DNA from: Candidatus Fervidifonticultor quintus
GTDB lineage: Bacteria > Sysuimicrobiota > Sysuimicrobiia > Sysuimicrobiales > Humicultoraceae
Reading direction: 5' to 3'
NCBI GenBank assembly: GCA_031459535.1
Contig: JAVKIJ010000064.1
Location: 1-18,857, forward strand
DNA: 18,857 bases
Shown here one piece after another: positions 15,811-18,857 of the stretch; positions within the stretch are counted from its first letter, which is position 1, and each line of letters starts with the position of its first letter. Made by a program: the position numbers and the translations under genes. The notes under the pieces were generated by a model. The model did not search any database and was not told where the DNA came from. It saw only the letters and a list, made by a program, of their open reading frames with translations.

Positions 15811-17691
15811 CTACCCGGGCTCGGGTGCGGTGCCGCCGGGCGGCGACGGGTCCGCCAGGAGGTCCCGGTCACGCCGGATGATGAGCTCCCGCTCCAGCGG
15901 TGACATGGTCTCCAGCAACCGCAACAGCGCATCAACCACGCCTGGGTCCAGCGTGGTGCCCGCCATGCGCCGCAGCTCGGCCTTGGCCTCTTCCAGGGAC
16001 TTCCGAGGTCGGTACGGCCGGTCCGAAATCAACGCATCGAACGTATCGGAGACGCGGATGATGCGGGCCCCCAAGGGGATCTGGGAACCCGCCAGACCAT
16101 CGGGATACCCGGTCCCGTCGTAGGCCTCCTGATGGTAGAGCACCAGATCCGCCAGGTGACTGAACGGTCCGGCCTCCGCGAGCATGGCCGCGCCCCGCTC
16201 GGGGTGCTTCCGCACCAGCTCCCATTCCGCAGGGCTGAGCGGTGAGGGCTTCCGGAGAATGACCTCGGGGATGGCGAGTTTGCCGATGTCGTGAATCATG
16301 CTGGCGAGTTTGATGCGCTCGATCTCCTCCGGCGGCAGCTCCAGCTCCATGGCGATGGCCACCGCGGTGCTCGCCACCCGGTGGCAGTGGGTCATGATCT
16401 CGCGGTCCCTGGCGGCGAGTACCTCGGTGAGCACCTTGATGCTGCCCAGCAGCAGCGTGCGCAGCTCCCGCTGGGCGCGGGCATCGGTCTCCGGGCTTTC
16501 GCTGGCGTCGATCAGGGCCTGCAGCGCTACCCGGTGCGGTCGGGACTGGAGCCGCCGCGGCCGGAAGACAGCCTGCTCTGCGGCGTCGCCCTCGCTGTCC
16601 GCCGCGCTAGCGGCCTCGGTCCCGCCCAGGCTCTCTGCCATCGGCTCGTGGAACACGACGCGGTTCTTGCCCTGCTTCTTGGCATCCAGCAAGGCCGCGT
16701 CCGCGCAGTCCAGCAACGAAGCCGCCGACAGGCGGCCGTGGTTGCGGAACTGGTACGTCGACGCGCCGACGCTGATGGTGACCCGGAACGTGCCCTCCGC
16801 GGTGGGAATCTCGGTTTCCTCTATGGCACGCCGCAGCCACTCACCACGCTGTACGGCATACTCGCGGTCGGTGCCCGGCAGGAGCCACACGAACTCTTCG
16901 CCGCCGTACCGGCATTGCGCGTCGCGCTCTCCCCTGCCTTCCAACATGATCTTGGCCACCTGCCGCAGGACGTCATCCCCGGCCTGGTGACCGTAGCGAT
17001 CGTTGATACCCTTGAACCAGTCGATGTCGATCACCAGACACGACAGCGGCTGGTCGCCGCGCGCCGCCCGCTCCATCTCCAGGTGCAGTCGGTCGTCGAA
17101 TGCCCGTCGGTTGAACAGGCTGGTGAGCGGATCACTGGCGGCGAGCTCCTCCAGGAAGCTGATCCGGCGTCGCAGCAGGTCCTCGCGGCCGCGCGCCCGG
17201 AGGATGGCCCGGATGCGGGCCGTCAGCTCCGTGGGGGACAGCGGCCGCTTCACGCAGTCTGCGGCGCCTTCATCGAGGCTAGCCGCCTGGCGCTCGACGT
17301 CGTCGGACGCGCTGAGTGCCACGATGGGGATACCGTGAGTGGCGGGGTCTCGCTTGAACGCCCGCACGGCCCCGATGCCGTCGAGGCCGGGCATGGCCAG
17401 GTCCAGGAGGACGAGATCAGGGGCCTGGGCCTTGGCGGTCGCAACGAGATCGGCAGCCTCGCTGGCGGCGGCGACCTGGGCCCCCAGCCCCTCGAGGCGG
17501 CGGGCAATGGTGCGGGCCGAGTGCACGTCGCTGACGACGAGGATGCGGGCGGGGCGGGAGCCGAACTGCAGGGCGCCGGTGGTCAACCTCTGGCGCGGCT
17601 TGGCGGTCTCCAGGTCATGGGGCATCCGGGTCTGTGACGCTGACAATGGCACCCTCGTGGCAGCCGACGGCTCTTCAGTGTGTGTTCCCAC
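15811..17691 (-). CDS. REC-GGDEF-HD-GYP protein (diguanylate cyclase / phosphodiesterase); start may be ATG 17625
   Basis: REC (DLVLLDLAMP); DPLTSLFNRR, DIDWFKGINDRYGHQAGD, RYGGEEF, AKKQGKNRV; HD-GYP motifs HCHRV, HDIGK, HPERG, DGTGYP, DTFDA and RPYR. Confidence 0.93.
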   Translation of the reverse strand: MGTHTEEPSAATRVPLSASQTRMPHDLETAKPRQRLTTGALQFGSRPARILVVSDVHSARTIARRLEGLGAQVAAASEAADLVATAKAQAPDLVLLDLAMPGLDGIGAVRAFKRDPATHGIPIVALSASDDVERQAASLDEGAADCVKRPLSPTELTARIRAILRARGREDLLRRRISFLEELAASDPLTSLFNRRAFDDRLHLEMERAARGDQPLSCLVIDIDWFKGINDRYGHQAGDDVLRQVAKIMLEGRGERDAQCRYGGEEFVWLLPGTDREYAVQRGEWLRRAIEETEIPTAEGTFRVTISVGASTYQFRNHGRLSAASLLDCADAALLDAKKQGKNRVVFHEPMAESLGGTEAASAADSEGDAAEQAVFRPRRLQSRPHRVALQALIDASESPETDARAQRELRTLLLGSIKVLTEVLAARDREIMTHCHRVASTAVAIAMELELPPEEIERIKLASMIHDIGKLAIPEVILRKPSPLSPAEWELVRKHPERGAAMLAEAGPFSHLADLVLYHQEAYDGTGYPDGLAGSQIPLGARIIRVSDTFDALISDRPYRPRKSLEEAKAELRRMAGTTLDPGVVDALLRLLETMSPLERELIIRRDRDLLADPSPPGGTAPEPG

Positions 17692-17726
17692 AGTGGATGC
17701 GGCCTAGTCGCCACACGGGAGTTCTG

Positions 17727-18433
17727 TCAGCGCCAGAGATGCCGCAGGGCCACGGTGAGCAGAATCGCCGCAAGGACCTTCCGGAGGTGGACTGGCAGTA
17801 GGCGATGGGCGCCGGTCCAGCTCCCCACGAGGCCACCCACGAAGGCTGCGGCGACCAGCGGGGCTAGATTGCCGAGCACCAGGGCGCCGCGGGCCGCGCG
17901 GCCGGCCAGACCTGCGACGGAGTTGACCACGATGAACGCAGCCGACGTGGCGGCGGTCGGCTTGGTTCCCGCCCATCCGGCCAGGATCATCAGAGGGCTG
18001 AGGAAGATGCCGCCGCCCACCCCGACCACCCCGGAAAGGACGCCGATACCCGCGCCGGTGGACAGGGCCACGATCCAGGACAGCGGGCGCGGCGGCCGTT
18101 CGGTGGGACTCCACCAGAGGCGCGCGGCGGCCGCCACCAGCGCCACGCCCAACAGCAGGCCGTAGACCTGAGGTGACACGTGGAGCAACCCGCCGAGGTA
18201 GGCTCCGGGCACCGACGGACGAGGAAGGGCAGAATCAGGCGCGCCGAAAGGTGTCCGGCCCTGGCGTAGGTGATCATCGCCACACCGGCGACCAGGATGT
18301 TGAGGACCAAGGCGCTGGTGGACATCTCGGCGGGCGGAACCCTGTAGAGGCTCAGCACGGCCAGATAGCCCGACGCCCCGCCGTGCCCAACCGAGGCATA
18401 CACGGCTGCGACGACCGCCACCAGGATCAGCAT
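17727..18433 (-). pseudogene. Sulfite exporter TauE/SafE family permease split by a 1-nt frameshift near 18216
   Basis: N-half YASVGHGGASGY...LILPFLV and C-half SVPGAYLGG...GVVGVGGGIFLSP...TSAAFIVVNS are in different frames. Minus strand GTC CG TCG GTG lacks one base. This could be a sequencing error. Confidence 0.8.
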
Positions 18434-18458
18434 GCTGGGAGACAGGCCGCCCTGGGGA

Positions 18459-18647
18459 TTACTGTTCGCGCACCTGGTTGATGCGCATGATGCTGTGCAG
18501 GCTGATGATGTACTGCAGAGAGCCCACCATGAGCATGATGTAGTCGTCGCCGACCTCGAGGAGGTCGCCGAACTGGGTCTCCTCGTTGGTGAACAGCACG
18601 CTCACCCGCGTGCCCTTCCACTCCTGGAGCCGCTCGCCCAGTGTCAC
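18459..18647 (-). CDS. Small (62 aa) protein, possibly Sm/Hfq-like fold
   Basis: Very strong purine-rich RBS (GGAGGAGGGGGAGG) before GTG 18647; natural composition. Pattern is helix, then VSV..TN..GxLxxxxDDYIML, then IISLHSIxxI. Confidence 0.7.
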   Translation of the reverse strand: MTLGERLQEWKGTRVSVLFTNEETQFGDLLEVGDDYIMLMVGSLQYIISLHSIMRINQVREQ

Positions 18648-18790
18648 CGCACTGCCTCCCCCTCCTCCCCTCCGGCTCTCGTCTCGACATTCGGAGGTGA
18701 GCAGGAAACTCCTTGCGGGCAGGAAGCGCGGGAATGCCGTACAATAGCATCTTGATCGCGCCCGTGATGTCGCCTAGTGACGCCCAACCC

Positions 18791-18857
18791 ATGATCCTCC
18801 TGGAGGACGTGCACAAGTGGTTCGGAAGGCTGCACGTCCTCCGCGGGGTCAACCTGG
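18791..18857 (+). CDS. Amino-acid ABC transporter ATP-binding protein (GlnQ-like), 5' fragment running off the window
   Basis: MILLEDVHKWFGRLHVLRGVNL is a typical N-terminus of polar amino-acid ABC ATPases; only 22 codons are visible. Confidence 0.7.
   Translation, partial: MILLEDVHKWFGRLHVLRGVNL

Noticed and set aside
14375-17637. Long plus-strand ORFs (582 aa and 448 aa)
   Set aside because: Antisense to pilT and the GGDEF gene, with no recognisable domains.
18713-18745. Sigma70 promoter for the ABC ATPase (TTGCGG ... TACAAT)
   Set aside because: The 21-nt spacer is too long; only the -10 hexamer is plausible.
1-18857. CRISPR arrays, tRNA/rRNA genes, prophage or defence genes
   Set aside because: No regularly spaced repeats, cloverleaf, rRNA-like segments or matching protein motifs were seen.

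Overview
High-GC bacterial DNA with three blocks. (1) 1-2189: probable left end of an IS, a decayed cupin gene, then a sigma70-type promoter, a clear fluoride (crcB) riboswitch with overlapping intrinsic terminator, a broken universal stress protein gene and an intact MFS transporter. (2) 2394-8699, metabolic genes: an unusually long transaldolase-fold protein with non-canonical catalytic residues coupled to a UxaE-family tagaturonate epimerase, an AHL-lactonase-like metallo-hydrolase, an ornithine cyclodeaminase-family enzyme and a proline dehydrogenase. (3) 8754-18647, a co-oriented minus-strand run: small Sm/Hfq-like protein, frameshifted TauE/SafE permease, REC-GGDEF-HD-GYP enzyme, pilT, pilU-like ATPase, GAF-PAS hybrid histidine kinase, stand-alone receiver, and a REC-MshEN-PilB-like protein that has lost its ATPase motifs but kept its Zn-binding cysteines. 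The best candidate for an undescribed system is this phosphorelay plus c-di-GMP module for the type IV pilus motor, built around an apparently catalytically dead PilB. The window ends in the start of an amino-acid ABC transporter ATPase. All calls rest on motif reading by eye; no database searches were run.
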